A program made the translations under genes and the position numbers. The notes under the pieces are model-generated. The model did no database searches. It saw only the letters and a list, made by a program, of their open reading frames with translations, and was not told the origin of the DNA. Source: a virus. From it: a stretch of DNA of 64,000 nt. The stretch lies in IMG/VR virus record IMGVR_UViG_3300042541_002760; one strand, 5' to 3'. This document shows positions 20,849-30,680 of the stretch, piece after piece. Numbering within the stretch: position 1 is the first letter of the stretch; each line of letters starts with the position of its first letter.

Positions 20849-21237
20849 CTTAGCCTCTGTAGAGCGATTGTGGTTGAGAATACTCTTTGAACATTACGAA
20901 TAGTGAAGTGAATTGTGATGCGAATCTCATTCCTATCTAGCACATCTACAATATCTACAATTGCATTACTGACTCTTTTCTCATAATTTCGAATGACCTC
21001 TGAAATTCGTTTTTTCAGTTCAATCACCATTATGGGTTCGATCAATTCGAATAGCATATCTTGCACCCCTGAACTGATTTCGGGATGAAATGGCTTCTCT
21101 CCTCTACGATAGAGAATTAGATTTCGCAAAGATCGTTTAATTGCCTCTTCGTCTCGGCGCAATGCAACATCTCCCGACAATGGATTGCGGTCAAAGTTAA
21201 TATCAAGATCGATAGATGTGTTCTGACTTTTAAGCAT
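20845..21237 (-). CDS. gp25: baseplate wedge subunit gp25
   Basis: AIKRSLRNLIL..GEKPFHPE..LFE..YEKRV; adjacent to gp6. Confidence 0.93.
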   Translation of the reverse strand: MLKSQNTSIDLDINFDRNPLSGDVALRRDEEAIKRSLRNLILYRRGEKPFHPEISSGVQDMLFELIEPIMVIELKKRISEVIRNYEKRVSNAIVDIVDVLDRNEIRITIHFTIRNVQRVFSTTIALQRLR

Positions 21238-21875
21238 TATTGTAGTGCCAATTCAAGTTCGATATAGTCCCGTGCTTGCTCAAACTGTTGTCTAATTCTT
21301 TTTTCTTCTTCTACCGTTGGAACTTCAGTTTCATGAAACCACTCCAATTGCACAAATCCAATATACAAATCTTGTTTCATGATTGGCAAAATACTGTATC
21401 GAACAATTCCATTTGACTTGTTGTATGACCGAAAATAGCCGTCAGGCATTCCTTCTGTTATGTAAGATCCTGGACTATCATCTCGCATATTCTCGATGAG
21501 ATTCCAAAACATTGTGACTAAAATGCCCTGTAGATTCCCACCGTCATATACCACTCCCCGTTCACATGATTCGTGGGTGATACTGAATTTTTTCATGGGA
21601 GTTCCATCAAGAAATTTTCCACCATTATGGAAGTATCCAATTTTTGCTTTTTCTGCGCCTGTCTGAATTCTTAACCCCGTCAGAGTTTCATGGATGTTTG
21701 TGTGCTTTAATTGAAAATTTGAACCCCTAGAATTTATAGAAGCCTCTTCAATATAAAGTTTGTCTTCTTGTTTTTTCTTTGATCTTGCATATGCAATGCC
21801 TGTGAGAACGCCACCGATAACTCCTGAAACGGCGATTCCAAGTTCAAACCAAATTTGAATTAATGGGGAACTCAT
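21237..21875 (-). CDS. single-pass membrane protein with GAF-like domain (possible holin-like)
   Basis: N-terminal hydrophobic helix, then RSKKK; FHNGGKF..KFSITHE..ILPI..YIGFVQLEW resembles a GAF fold. Confidence 0.5.
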   Translation of the reverse strand: MSSPLIQIWFELGIAVSGVIGGVLTGIAYARSKKKQEDKLYIEEASINSRGSNFQLKHTNIHETLTGLRIQTGAEKAKIGYFHNGGKFLDGTPMKKFSITHESCERGVVYDGGNLQGILVTMFWNLIENMRDDSPGSYITEGMPDGYFRSYNKSNGIVRYSILPIMKQDLYIGFVQLEWFHETEVPTVEEEKRIRQQFEQARDYIELELALQ

Positions 21876-21881
21876 ATTGTA

Positions 21882-22169
21882 TTAACCTCCACAATATACA
21901 TTTGTACTGCCTCTAGCACAGGCAGATCCACAATGAACAGGATCTGCTACCCGTGCTGCGGGAAGGCTATTGATATAAACAGAAGACGATCCAATTGCTG
22001 TTTTGCTTACATGGCAGTTATCGCCACAGCAATGAGTTGCCCATTTATCGCCCTTTCGATGCCATCCAAGACTGTTAACGAATACATTCTTTGATCCTTC
22101 AAGATTTGGTCTTGGGGGAAAACACCGATGTCCTGTGCATATGTCCGTGTGTCTATGTGCGGCTGGCAT
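21882..22169 (-). CDS. gp5.4: PAAR spike-tip protein (gp5.4)
   Basis: MPAAHR.TD.CTGH..GS.NVFVN..PAARVADP..CGS. Confidence 0.93.
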   Translation of the reverse strand: MPAAHRHTDICTGHRCFPPRPNLEGSKNVFVNSLGWHRKGDKWATHCCGDNCHVSKTAIGSSSVYINSLPAARVADPVHCGSACARGSTNVYCGG

Positions 22170-22178
22170 AAAACTCCT

Positions 22179-22967
22179 TTAGCAACTTCGAAAATAACCA
22201 CGATCTTTCATGGTGGTAAGATATTCTTTATTTGTCACGGGGAATCCATCAATGAACATCTGATTTCTGATATTTAGGATGAATTCATCTCTGTCCGATG
22301 ACCAATTGTTGTCTGTGTCGATTATGAACCTTCCGTCAATGTAACTGCTCGGCAATAAAGAATCAAATGCCCTTGCTACAAACCGAATTCCCTTGGCAAT
22401 TGGAAACCCTGCTCGATACAAAGAAGCAGATCCTCGCTTGGCATAGTTGTCTTCTGTAAACTTCCTAGGAGTTTGTTCACCATAATCAAATGCAAAGGTG
22501 TCTGCTGCAACAATATCCCGATCCTCTTGTGGAATTCCTGCGGGATTAGTAAGTCCAAATTCTAAGGGAAAGATATCATCCAAGTCATCAATTTTGCCAT
22601 ACAGATGTCCCGTATCGATGTCGAGAGTCAAACTCGGGGGGAATACACCTTCTATAATTGCATATTTAATCGGCCCACCTGTTGGAGGGGGAGCACCAAC
22701 ATAATTGTAATAGACTGCCACAAGTTTTAAGCCAATGCTACAATCAACACCCTGTTCTTGGGGGCGAAGAACCCTTTGCTGTTCAAATATTGGTCTAGAG
22801 GGAGAGGTTTCATTGTATGACTGATTCATCAATGCAGGACTCATCCAAAGAATATCCTCTATTATCGTGTCTGTCAGGGATTCGTCTTGTTCAACGATGT
22901 TCAATTCACCGAACCCATCGGGATAATAAAACTCTATCGGAAGAATTCCTGTCATATTTGCTACCAT
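22179..22967 (-). CDS. hypothetical baseplate-associated protein with an Ig-like segment
   Basis: IKYAIIEGVFPPSLTLDIDTGHLYG resembles He_PIG Ig repeats; lies between gp5 and PAAR. Confidence 0.55.
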   Translation of the reverse strand: MVANMTGILPIEFYYPDGFGELNIVEQDESLTDTIIEDILWMSPALMNQSYNETSPSRPIFEQQRVLRPQEQGVDCSIGLKLVAVYYNYVGAPPPTGGPIKYAIIEGVFPPSLTLDIDTGHLYGKIDDLDDIFPLEFGLTNPAGIPQEDRDIVAADTFAFDYGEQTPRKFTEDNYAKRGSASLYRAGFPIAKGIRFVARAFDSLLPSSYIDGRFIIDTDNNWSSDRDEFILNIRNQMFIDGFPVTNKEYLTTMKDRGYFRSC

Positions 22968-23686
22968 CAGAACTCTCCTGCATCAATTAGATCGTTTAGA
23001 CTCTTGACTGTAACATCAGGAGATTCAAGAATAATATTGGGATTTGTACCATATGGAACAGGCTCTGCGATAAATGGATCAATTGGCGATGCTGTATCGA
23101 ATTTCAAGGCATCTCCCATTTGAGGAATTGGTGGAACATCAACCGTTCCTTGAGGCTTACCACATGAGATTGTTGGGATGCTCCCTTGGATCGCTGCTGA
23201 AATATCATTCACAGCACTGTTCAGTTTTCCAATAACTCCTAGAATTGCATCAGAAGCAAATTCAAGAGAAGGAAGAGTTATGCCATTGATACCTGCCATG
23301 ATTTCATTTAGTGATGGAAGATCGCCCAATTTTAGGTTTGGAAGATCAAGATCAAACGAGGAAGTATCTCCCATGAATGCACATATATCAATATTGGGAA
23401 TACTTGCGAGATCGCCACGCTGTGCCGTTAATTCGTTAATACTCTTCTTTGATTCTGAAAAATCGGTAGCAACAGGCACATTCACCATTCCCTTAATACT
23501 AACCTCTTCGCCCGTTGATGCTACGGATTTGTCTGCTGCTCCCAATGCGGCATAACTTTTTGTCTGATTGTCTTGCTCATTGGTATATGTTTCAATGTCC
23601 TGTGTTGTGTATACAGAACCTTGAGCACTTCTTGATGGAGTTGCTGTTGTAACGGGAACTGATCGATTGGGAATATTAAAACACAT
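22967..23686 (-). CDS. hypothetical protein
   Basis: 239-aa ORF tightly packed between neighbours on the same strand. Confidence 0.6.
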   Translation of the reverse strand: MCFNIPNRSVPVTTATPSRSAQGSVYTTQDIETYTNEQDNQTKSYAALGAADKSVASTGEEVSIKGMVNVPVATDFSESKKSINELTAQRGDLASIPNIDICAFMGDTSSFDLDLPNLKLGDLPSLNEIMAGINGITLPSLEFASDAILGVIGKLNSAVNDISAAIQGSIPTISCGKPQGTVDVPPIPQMGDALKFDTASPIDPFIAEPVPYGTNPNIILESPDVTVKSLNDLIDAGEF

Positions 23687-23689
23687 AGG

Positions 23690-24919
23690 TTATTCTCGAT
23701 TCTTTATCTGTAAATCTGTTGGGCTTAGTCGATCAATCAATCCATTAACAAGACCTCTTGCTTTGCTCAAGAGTGTCTGTACTGTTGATGAATTTTCTCC
23801 TTCAGGATTCAAGTCTATGCGCGGTGCTACAATAACCATATTTCCTTCACTTGATAGTGTGTATGTTCCTTTGACTTTATGCAAACAATTTCCACCAACA
23901 TCAGTGGTCATATTGCCCTTTACATACATCTTTACATCACCACCAACTTCAATTTCAAGATCTTTCCCCATCATTATCTTCAATGTTTTGTTTGCATTGA
24001 AAGAGCAATTGCCCTTAACGAGGATCATCTTATCGTTTGTAGTAATGTCCCATGCATTACCAACAACCTTGTGAACTTCACTTCCTCTCGGATGAATTTC
24101 AGTAAATGTGCCCGAGCAATGATACCAATGAATTCGTTCTGCCCCTGGCGTATCATCATATTCAATAACATGCCCTGCCTGAGATTCATATACATTGTTG
24201 AATGGATATTGGGCTGCATATGGAGTTTGTGGTTCTGACCAAAATCCATACAGAGCGGTTGCACAAATTTCTAAGTCATTTTTCTTTTTATGTACGATAG
24301 TATTTTCAATTTGCTCATTTCTTGCAAGGCGATTTGTATCTGCCTCACCCATTCTAGAGATCAGTGGATAGAGACCATCGGGATCAGCAAATCCCATTGT
24401 CGGATCAATTGTTGGATTCTTAGGAAGTTGGTATGGTTTAATTCCAACATCATTTTTTGCAGCATCTAATGATGCAAGAATTTCAGTCTTTTTACTTTCA
24501 ACTTCAGCAGCAAACATTTTTTTAACACTTTCAGGATCTGCAAACGGAATATTTGGTATCTCTGAAAGTTCCCAAGGAATAGGAATATTTACAGTGTTAA
24601 TGCCGCCAATTGATCCCATAACCACAGGCTCTTGTGAATTTGTACCATCTCGAAAGAATCCAATAACCCATGCTCCCTGAACAAGCCCTGTAGGAGACCA
24701 TCCTTTGCCCGATACCGATGTGCTATTTACAGGCATAAGCACATGCGCCCATGGAAGATCTTGTGTTGGTATTTGTGTCTTGTCGTTTGAGTGCCATCCA
24801 AGAATGCGAACACGAACGCGACCTAACTTTAACGGATCGTAAATGTCTTCGACAACTCCTTGCCACCAAATAAAGCCATTCTTCCCCATGTATTCTGCTT
24901 TTATCGGTTCCTGATTCAT
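23690..24919 (-). CDS. gp5: baseplate central spike gp5 (OB fold plus beta-helix, no lysozyme domain)
   Basis: WWQGVVEDIYDPLKLGRVRVRILGWH, LPWA, YPFNNVYESQAGHVIEYDDTPGAERI, V.G beta-helix repeats. Confidence 0.93.
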   Translation of the reverse strand: MNQEPIKAEYMGKNGFIWWQGVVEDIYDPLKLGRVRVRILGWHSNDKTQIPTQDLPWAHVLMPVNSTSVSGKGWSPTGLVQGAWVIGFFRDGTNSQEPVVMGSIGGINTVNIPIPWELSEIPNIPFADPESVKKMFAAEVESKKTEILASLDAAKNDVGIKPYQLPKNPTIDPTMGFADPDGLYPLISRMGEADTNRLARNEQIENTIVHKKKNDLEICATALYGFWSEPQTPYAAQYPFNNVYESQAGHVIEYDDTPGAERIHWYHCSGTFTEIHPRGSEVHKVVGNAWDITTNDKMILVKGNCSFNANKTLKIMMGKDLEIEVGGDVKMYVKGNMTTDVGGNCLHKVKGTYTLSSEGNMVIVAPRIDLNPEGENSSTVQTLLSKARGLVNGLIDRLSPTDLQIKNRE

Positions 24920-26388
24920 GATGTCTCCAATGCAAGTTCTGCTTTTTTGTAATCTGCAACTGGTTCTGCAAACGAATCTCTTGATACGGTCATTGTCATC
25001 AGATGTTCTCTATCCGTAACAACATGCTTAATGGCAGTAACCAAGTATCTTCCTTTGAGATAATCGTCTTCAAAGTTGTCTTTATTTTTAGTTGATTCTT
25101 TTGTGATTGTTCTGAAATCTATTACTTGCCCTACCACAACATTGGTATCCCCATAGCAATTCAGTATAAGATTAATAGAATTAATTTGGTTGAGTAATGA
25201 CTGTCGAATTAAGATAGTTTCATCAGGATCCGATACTTGTGCCAATCCCGACATTGAATATGTTGAGTTGGGATAAAATCGAATATGAGACTCTACTGCA
25301 TCGGTATAATCAATCTTTCCTCTTGGGACTAAAGGATTTTTCTCTAAATGAGATCCATCATTCATAAAGGACTTGTCATATTTAAATTGCGTTGAAGCCC
25401 ATGTTTTTGTAGTCATATCATGAGTCAATATTGCTGATGCAAGCATCCCCAAACTTTGTTGTTTGATTTTGTCTGTCATATCCTCAATAACATATGACTG
25501 TATATTTCTAAGTTCAGACTCTATCATTCTTATCCCATCATCGCTTCGAAATCCATCGGGATAATTTGTGTATGTGAATATAGGTGCTGCTTTTTTCAAA
25601 GCGGAAATCGGAACAAAATGATGTCCTCGTGAATTCTGAAACAACACATAATCACACATCGAAGTGTTATTTTTTGCTCTTGCTCGATGTGCCAACCAAT
25701 TGATGGCATACAGTGGTGTCCAATAAGGAATAACATATGAGCGAGTATCATAAGTTTCCACAACTGATGACAAATGAATCTTGTCATCGTCCAATGCTTC
25801 CCCAAGAAGACCGACTGCACCCCCAATCACGGCACCAACAACTGCACCAATTAACGGAACTGGTGTCCCAATAAGTGCTCCTGCCGCCGCGCCACTGCCC
25901 GCAGCCGAAAGCAATCCATTGTTTTCTCCGTTGTCTATTGCAAGATACTCATCAAATATGCTGCTTACCATTTTTGAAACAGGCATATTCACATACGATT
26001 TTGAAATTTTGCTCTGCATGCTCTTAATTGCCTGATGCGAGACAAATTCAATTCGAATCATTTGTGCCGACTCTTGTGCTGTCTCGGTCAGTACTGAAAT
26101 CTTGTAAGTTCGAAACACCAATCTAACAGGATCGCTCCCACTCATCGGGGTTCGATAGGTGATCGTAAGTGTTTCTGCTCCTATGATAGGAAAGTTCTTC
26201 GCCATATTCATCGAATCAATAAGCGTAATACTTCCAGACATGCAATTGGAAAAGATGTCTTCATAGATAACAAAATTCTCAAATACACCCTTGAGACTCA
26301 TAGTAAATCCAGTATAAGACTTAAGAGTAATCTCGTCTATCGAGACATCTCCTGGTTTATTCATCGTATCACTGCCGCTTTGTGTCAT
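24916..26388 (-). CDS. baseplate hub protein (gp27-like)
   Basis: IYEDIFSNCMSGSITLIDS, YVIPYWTPLYAINWL, GRYLVTAIKH; lies between gp53 and gp5. Confidence 0.75.
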   Translation of the reverse strand: MTQSGSDTMNKPGDVSIDEITLKSYTGFTMSLKGVFENFVIYEDIFSNCMSGSITLIDSMNMAKNFPIIGAETLTITYRTPMSGSDPVRLVFRTYKISVLTETAQESAQMIRIEFVSHQAIKSMQSKISKSYVNMPVSKMVSSIFDEYLAIDNGENNGLLSAAGSGAAAGALIGTPVPLIGAVVGAVIGGAVGLLGEALDDDKIHLSSVVETYDTRSYVIPYWTPLYAINWLAHRARAKNNTSMCDYVLFQNSRGHHFVPISALKKAAPIFTYTNYPDGFRSDDGIRMIESELRNIQSYVIEDMTDKIKQQSLGMLASAILTHDMTTKTWASTQFKYDKSFMNDGSHLEKNPLVPRGKIDYTDAVESHIRFYPNSTYSMSGLAQVSDPDETILIRQSLLNQINSINLILNCYGDTNVVVGQVIDFRTITKESTKNKDNFEDDYLKGRYLVTAIKHVVTDREHLMTMTVSRDSFAEPVADYKKAELALETS

Positions 26389-26396
26389 TTATTGCC

Positions 26397-27350
26397 TTAC
26401 CGAGAAACGGATGTCTGAAATAATTTTCTAAAATCTCTGAGGAGTGGATCGATATATTCGGGACGCATAATCTTGATATTTCGCTTTTTCTCATTGACTG
26501 TTTCTTCATGTGATATATTGGTGATGCTATTTGCATATCCCAAGGAATCGTCATTTTCGTCCACCCCCATATCAATGACCTCAACTCTTCCCAAAACATA
26601 TCGATCAATAAGCGAGGAAAAACTCTTCTGTCTGCTTCCATCATTCGCTAATGATGTAGGACGATAGAGCGGAGACATTACTTCGCCATCACTCTTTTCA
26701 AAGTGATGAAGTGCATATTGATTGTCATCAGTAATTCTCACCATAGGAGCCGATATTTGCTTTCCTTCGCTAGTTGTGGTGTAGATGTCACGAACCAATC
26801 TAGTCGGATCACCAATAACACTAGAATTTCTTGCCGCTTCTCCCTGAAGAGAAAAACTTCCTGTGATGTTATCTACTACAATTTTGTATAAATTGGGATC
26901 CCACAGTTTAATGGTTGCTGTTGCCAAGACTGTTCCATCTAGTGCCTTTTGTTGTATGACATCACCAACCTCAAAATGAACAACTCTACGATCCAACACA
27001 ATCCTCTTATCAACATCAAAAAGCATTGGAGGATATATGAAAATTGCTTTTCCTGCATATACCGATTGCATTTGGTGTTCCATTTCATTAATGCTTAGGG
27101 GCCAACTAAAGAACGGATCCAATATTTCATTGAACAGAAGAATGATCCAATGATAATCAGATCGTCCATATATGCGATCTGCTAAAGTCTCAGGTCTTTC
27201 CTCATCCTTGATTGTATACTTAAGATACCCCGACTGTGATTCTTTGATGCTATCTATAATCTTTCCTCGGGTTAATATATTTCGAGCAATGACTGTATTG
27301 CCATTACTATCTCGATATCCGACATTAGATAAAAAATTGAAGTATCCCAT
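26397..27350 (-). CDS. gp53: baseplate wedge subunit gp53
   Basis: YFNFL, YTIKDEERPETLADRIYG..YHWIILLFNEI, NEKKRNIKI. Confidence 0.92.
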   Translation of the reverse strand: MGYFNFLSNVGYRDSNGNTVIARNILTRGKIIDSIKESQSGYLKYTIKDEERPETLADRIYGRSDYHWIILLFNEILDPFFSWPLSINEMEHQMQSVYAGKAIFIYPPMLFDVDKRIVLDRRVVHFEVGDVIQQKALDGTVLATATIKLWDPNLYKIVVDNITGSFSLQGEAARNSSVIGDPTRLVRDIYTTTSEGKQISAPMVRITDDNQYALHHFEKSDGEVMSPLYRPTSLANDGSRQKSFSSLIDRYVLGRVEVIDMGVDENDDSLGYANSITNISHEETVNEKKRNIKIMRPEYIDPLLRDFRKLFQTSVSR

Positions 27351-27358
27351 GTATTACC

Positions 27359-28516
27359 TTATGTTGATTGTTTGTCGCCCAATTCCCAGTTAAACCTCTC
27401 TCTAGTCAGAATTTCAAGTTCGCTAAATGTTAGTGACATTGTGATTTTTGTTGGTGCGGCACCAAACGCATCTTGACTGAATGTTGTAAAAGTGGTGTCT
27501 TCTCCATATTTAACACTGATTGACTTGAGAGCACATTTCAATATCTGTGGTAAATATCCATTCAAGGTACCATCACCCATCAAAAAACTAATTCCAAATT
27601 CTGCGGGATAATCTAAGAGGCGACCATTTCCCTCCGATCTCTTGGGGTGAGCATAATATTTCAACAATCCAATTATTTCATGACAATTCTGCATTTCTTC
27701 TTGATTTCGTGGAAGAAAGGTATATGCAAAGTTGAATTCTCGCCGCTTAACTTCTTTAAAAGTATGCAGTGCCATTGGATTTGTTACTTGTCGTTGCTGT
27801 GCTGATGCAAATTTAGAAAATGTTCCCGATTCTGCACCAACCAAATCTCCCAAAGAATCAAGTACTTTGAGATTTGCAAGTCCTAATTTCTTACCAATAT
27901 CTCTTGCTGCTGCCTGATCTCCTTGTGAAATTGCTTTTGCCAATTTGAGATTATCCAATGCTGCCATACTACTATCTTCATATTCAAGACCATAACCAAC
28001 CTCAAGCCCTGTGGGCATATAGAGATATATTGATTGAAGAATCTGCTGTGTCAATCCCGACAATCCCGTTTGTTCTTCGGTATAGGAGTCTCTTCCCAAT
28101 CCCTGACCCTGCAAGTCTCCGTCCGCGAGTGCTTGCTCTGCTGTATTAACGATTACTCCGAGTCCCGCCAAGATTGCACCACCTGCCGCACCAACCATTC
28201 CCGAAAGGTCAGTTGGTTGAGTTTGTGGTTTTTCACCTTTGCCTATAGAATCGGTTATCTTATCTACAAGACTACTTGTTATTATCTGAAATCGATTTCG
28301 TTTCGTGTCAAGAGTACCTCCCCCCGTATCATATATCTCAATCTTCATAACACTCTGTAGTGTGGGATTACTCAATAAGTCATACGGATATTTGTAATAT
28401 CCCCATGCCCTACCCGCATTGTAAAGTCGTTTCTCAAATTGACTTGAAGCGCGAGAAAGTAGTTTATCAACAGCATTGATTTCTTTTAAATTTTTTAGGC
28501 TACTGTATTCTTGCAT
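27359..28516 (-). CDS. gp48: baseplate tail-tube cap gp48
   Basis: IYLYMP, NP..FKEVKRREFNFAYTFLPRNQEE, C.LKSISV.Y, LTFSELEILTR. Confidence 0.9.
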   Translation of the reverse strand: MQEYSSLKNLKEINAVDKLLSRASSQFEKRLYNAGRAWGYYKYPYDLLSNPTLQSVMKIEIYDTGGGTLDTKRNRFQIITSSLVDKITDSIGKGEKPQTQPTDLSGMVGAAGGAILAGLGVIVNTAEQALADGDLQGQGLGRDSYTEEQTGLSGLTQQILQSIYLYMPTGLEVGYGLEYEDSSMAALDNLKLAKAISQGDQAAARDIGKKLGLANLKVLDSLGDLVGAESGTFSKFASAQQRQVTNPMALHTFKEVKRREFNFAYTFLPRNQEEMQNCHEIIGLLKYYAHPKRSEGNGRLLDYPAEFGISFLMGDGTLNGYLPQILKCALKSISVKYGEDTTFTTFSQDAFGAAPTKITMSLTFSELEILTRERFNWELGDKQST

Positions 28517-28522
28517 ATAGTG

Positions 28523-28545
28523 TATTTAGATGTCTTTGATAAATA
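28523..28545. promoter_or_regulatory. back-to-back late promoters: CTAAATA (minus, 28523-28529) for gp48 and ATAAATA (plus, 28539-28545) for gp4
   Basis: Both boxes sit in the short divergent gap at the strand switch. Confidence 0.7.
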
Positions 28546-28565
28546 GAATATACGGGAGAACCCTC

Positions 28566-29030
28566 ATCGCAAACAACAAATCATACAAGGGAAGATACAC
28601 ACCAAAACGACCCGAAAAGTATAAGGGAGATCCCTCGATGTGCTTTTACCGATCATTGTGGGAAAGGCGCGTAATGGTTTTTTGCGATGAAAACGACTCT
28701 GTTACTAAATGGTCTTCGGAAGAAGTGGTTGTCCCGTATATTTCGCCTGTCGATGGGCGCAAACACCGTTACTTTGTGGACTTTTGGATGTGTCTTAAGA
28801 AGCCTGATGGCGGGATTGAGGAGTGTTTGATCGAGGTTAAACCCAAAAAACAAACAATAAAACCCGAGCAACCCAAATCAAAACGAATCTCCAAATCCAA
28901 GTTGTTTGAGATTAGAAATTGGCTGATTAACTCTGCAAAATGGGAAGCAGCAAAAGACTACTGCACAGATCGCGGTTGGAAATTTCGGATTCTAACAGAA
29001 GAAAACATCTTCGGTAAGGCTGGAAAATGA
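28566..29030 (+). CDS. gp4: head completion nuclease gp4 (TnsA-like); probable ATC start at 28566, alternative ATG at 28530
   Basis: SYKGRY.PK.PEKYKGD, YRSLWER, WSSEE, RYFVDF, IEVKP, NSAKWEAA. Confidence 0.9.
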   Translation: MANNKSYKGRYTPKRPEKYKGDPSMCFYRSLWERRVMVFCDENDSVTKWSSEEVVVPYISPVDGRKHRYFVDFWMCLKKPDGGIEECLIEVKPKKQTIKPEQPKSKRISKSKLFEIRNWLINSAKWEAAKDYCTDRGWKFRILTEENIFGKAGK

Positions 29031-29617
29031 CAAAACAACAAGTAGTAAAAGTCCTAAAAGGGATGCAAGGAACGAATCTTCAACTTGGAGATGACCGAAC
29101 AACCCGTTGGTTGGCAACAAACCTATCCAAAATCAAAACAACCATGAATCAAAGAAACTTCATAGATTCAGGAAAAACAGTTATTCGAAAAAGTCTGACT
29201 CCTGGCAAGATGGTGTTCTATGGATATAGCCCCAAAACAAAAGATCAACTCATGTTTTGGGATGAATTTCCAATTACCATCATCCTACATCCTCAAAAAG
29301 ATGGATTTCTTGGTCTCAATTTGCACTATCTACCTCCGTCAGGAAGGGCAAATTTTTTAAACAATCTTCTTAAATATGTCTCCGACCCCAATTGGATAGC
29401 ACACAATAACACAAGCGTAGAGTTCAGAGTGACCTATGGGATGCTTAAGGGGTCAGCGATCATGAAGGCATACCGACCATGCATCAAGCGATATTATTAC
29501 AAACATATCGTATCAAAGGTTTCATTCATCTCTCCTCATGATTGGAAGACTGTTCCTTTCTTCCCTTTAGACAGATTCAAGGGCGCAAGCCGAAGCGATA
29601 TATGGGCACTCGCATGA
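29027..29617 (+). CDS. gp2: DNA end protector gp2
   Basis: GKMVFYGYSPK.K..L.FWDEFP, GFLGLNLHYLP, PCIKRY. Confidence 0.92.
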   Translation: MTKQQVVKVLKGMQGTNLQLGDDRTTRWLATNLSKIKTTMNQRNFIDSGKTVIRKSLTPGKMVFYGYSPKTKDQLMFWDEFPITIILHPQKDGFLGLNLHYLPPSGRANFLNNLLKYVSDPNWIAHNNTSVEFRVTYGMLKGSAIMKAYRPCIKRYYYKHIVSKVSFISPHDWKTVPFFPLDRFKGASRSDIWALA

Positions 29618-29635
29618 TAGATACTGTATAGAAAC

Positions 29636-30658
29636 ATGGATACAAGCAGAATACGACCAGTTACGCCAGTTAAGAATCCCGAACCATCATTTCAGGATTC
29701 TGTCTATGGTCGCGCACGAGATACGGGATGGGCATCGGGGAACCGTTGGCTCACGATGATATTCCCCAACCAACAGGTGCGAGATGCCATTGGCATGAAT
29801 TTTGTTGTAGATGTTGCACGATTGGCAACTACATGCAAATCTGTAGCCATGAACGAACAGTCATGGTATAGCACCGAACAAAACTATATCGATGCAGGGC
29901 CAAGCCGCGTATTTCCATACAAGAGAAATACGAATAATGCTTCGGGTATAAAAATTCAGTTCAACTGTGGTACTGATATGTTTGAGAAGGAGTTTTTCGA
30001 GACATGGCTCAGATATATTCAGAATCCAGTTACTCGCCAATGGCGATACTATGACGAATATGCAAAGGGCAGTGAAATATTCCTAATGTTGCTCCCCAAC
30101 CATGTTCAGAATTTTGAAATGGCAATGCAAGCAATGAATAATGGTCAAATTGTTGGATATCGGTTTACTGAAGTCTATCCATTTTCGTTGAATATGAATG
30201 GTGGATCTCTAAACTATACAAACATCAATGAACCGCTGTTCTCGGATATTGGATTTATGTATCATGACATTCTTCCACTTTTACCCGACCGAATCGTATA
30301 CAGCAACACATTGCCCACAGTAACGGATACGGGATATCCTGTTATTGAAAGAGATAGATTCAAAGATATCCTGATGGCAAGTCAGTTGGGCATTGACAAG
30401 GCAGTCAACGGGTTTGCTCTAGGAACGATTGCAGAGCGTGGAGCGTTCAATGCTGTCCGTCAGCAACAACAGAGCATCCTGACGGCATATACACGGCAAC
30501 TAGAGGAATATAAAGCACAGGATCTCCCCCGAGGCGTAGATGGTAGAGTTGTATATGCAACTCCAAGACAGGGCGGTCTACAGGGAATGCTGACTCAAAT
30601 GTCGCAAGTTCAAGGATTTTTTGGAGAAGGCTTCTTTGGCAACGGATTTAACCCCTAA
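29636..30658 (+). CDS. tail tube initiator / tube-like protein (gp54/gp19-like)
   Basis: EKEFFETW..I, YYDEY, YRFTEVYP; sits between gp2 and gp26. Confidence 0.7.
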   Translation: MDTSRIRPVTPVKNPEPSFQDSVYGRARDTGWASGNRWLTMIFPNQQVRDAIGMNFVVDVARLATTCKSVAMNEQSWYSTEQNYIDAGPSRVFPYKRNTNNASGIKIQFNCGTDMFEKEFFETWLRYIQNPVTRQWRYYDEYAKGSEIFLMLLPNHVQNFEMAMQAMNNGQIVGYRFTEVYPFSLNMNGGSLNYTNINEPLFSDIGFMYHDILPLLPDRIVYSNTLPTVTDTGYPVIERDRFKDILMASQLGIDKAVNGFALGTIAERGAFNAVRQQQQSILTAYTRQLEEYKAQDLPRGVDGRVVYATPRQGGLQGMLTQMSQVQGFFGEGFFGNGFNP

Positions 30659-30680
30659 CTTTTCATCATAGGAGATCGTA

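Noticed and set aside
21882-27350. Bacterial T6SS/eCIS locus (PAAR, gp5, gp25)
   Set aside because: The surrounding gp32, gp33, gp55, gp46/47, uvsW/Y, gp2 and gp4 genes show a complete lytic T4-like phage context.
102-28360. Many short plus-strand and off-frame ORFs in the ORF track
   Set aside because: They are shadows of long recognisable genes and I saw no recognisable motifs or expression signals for them.
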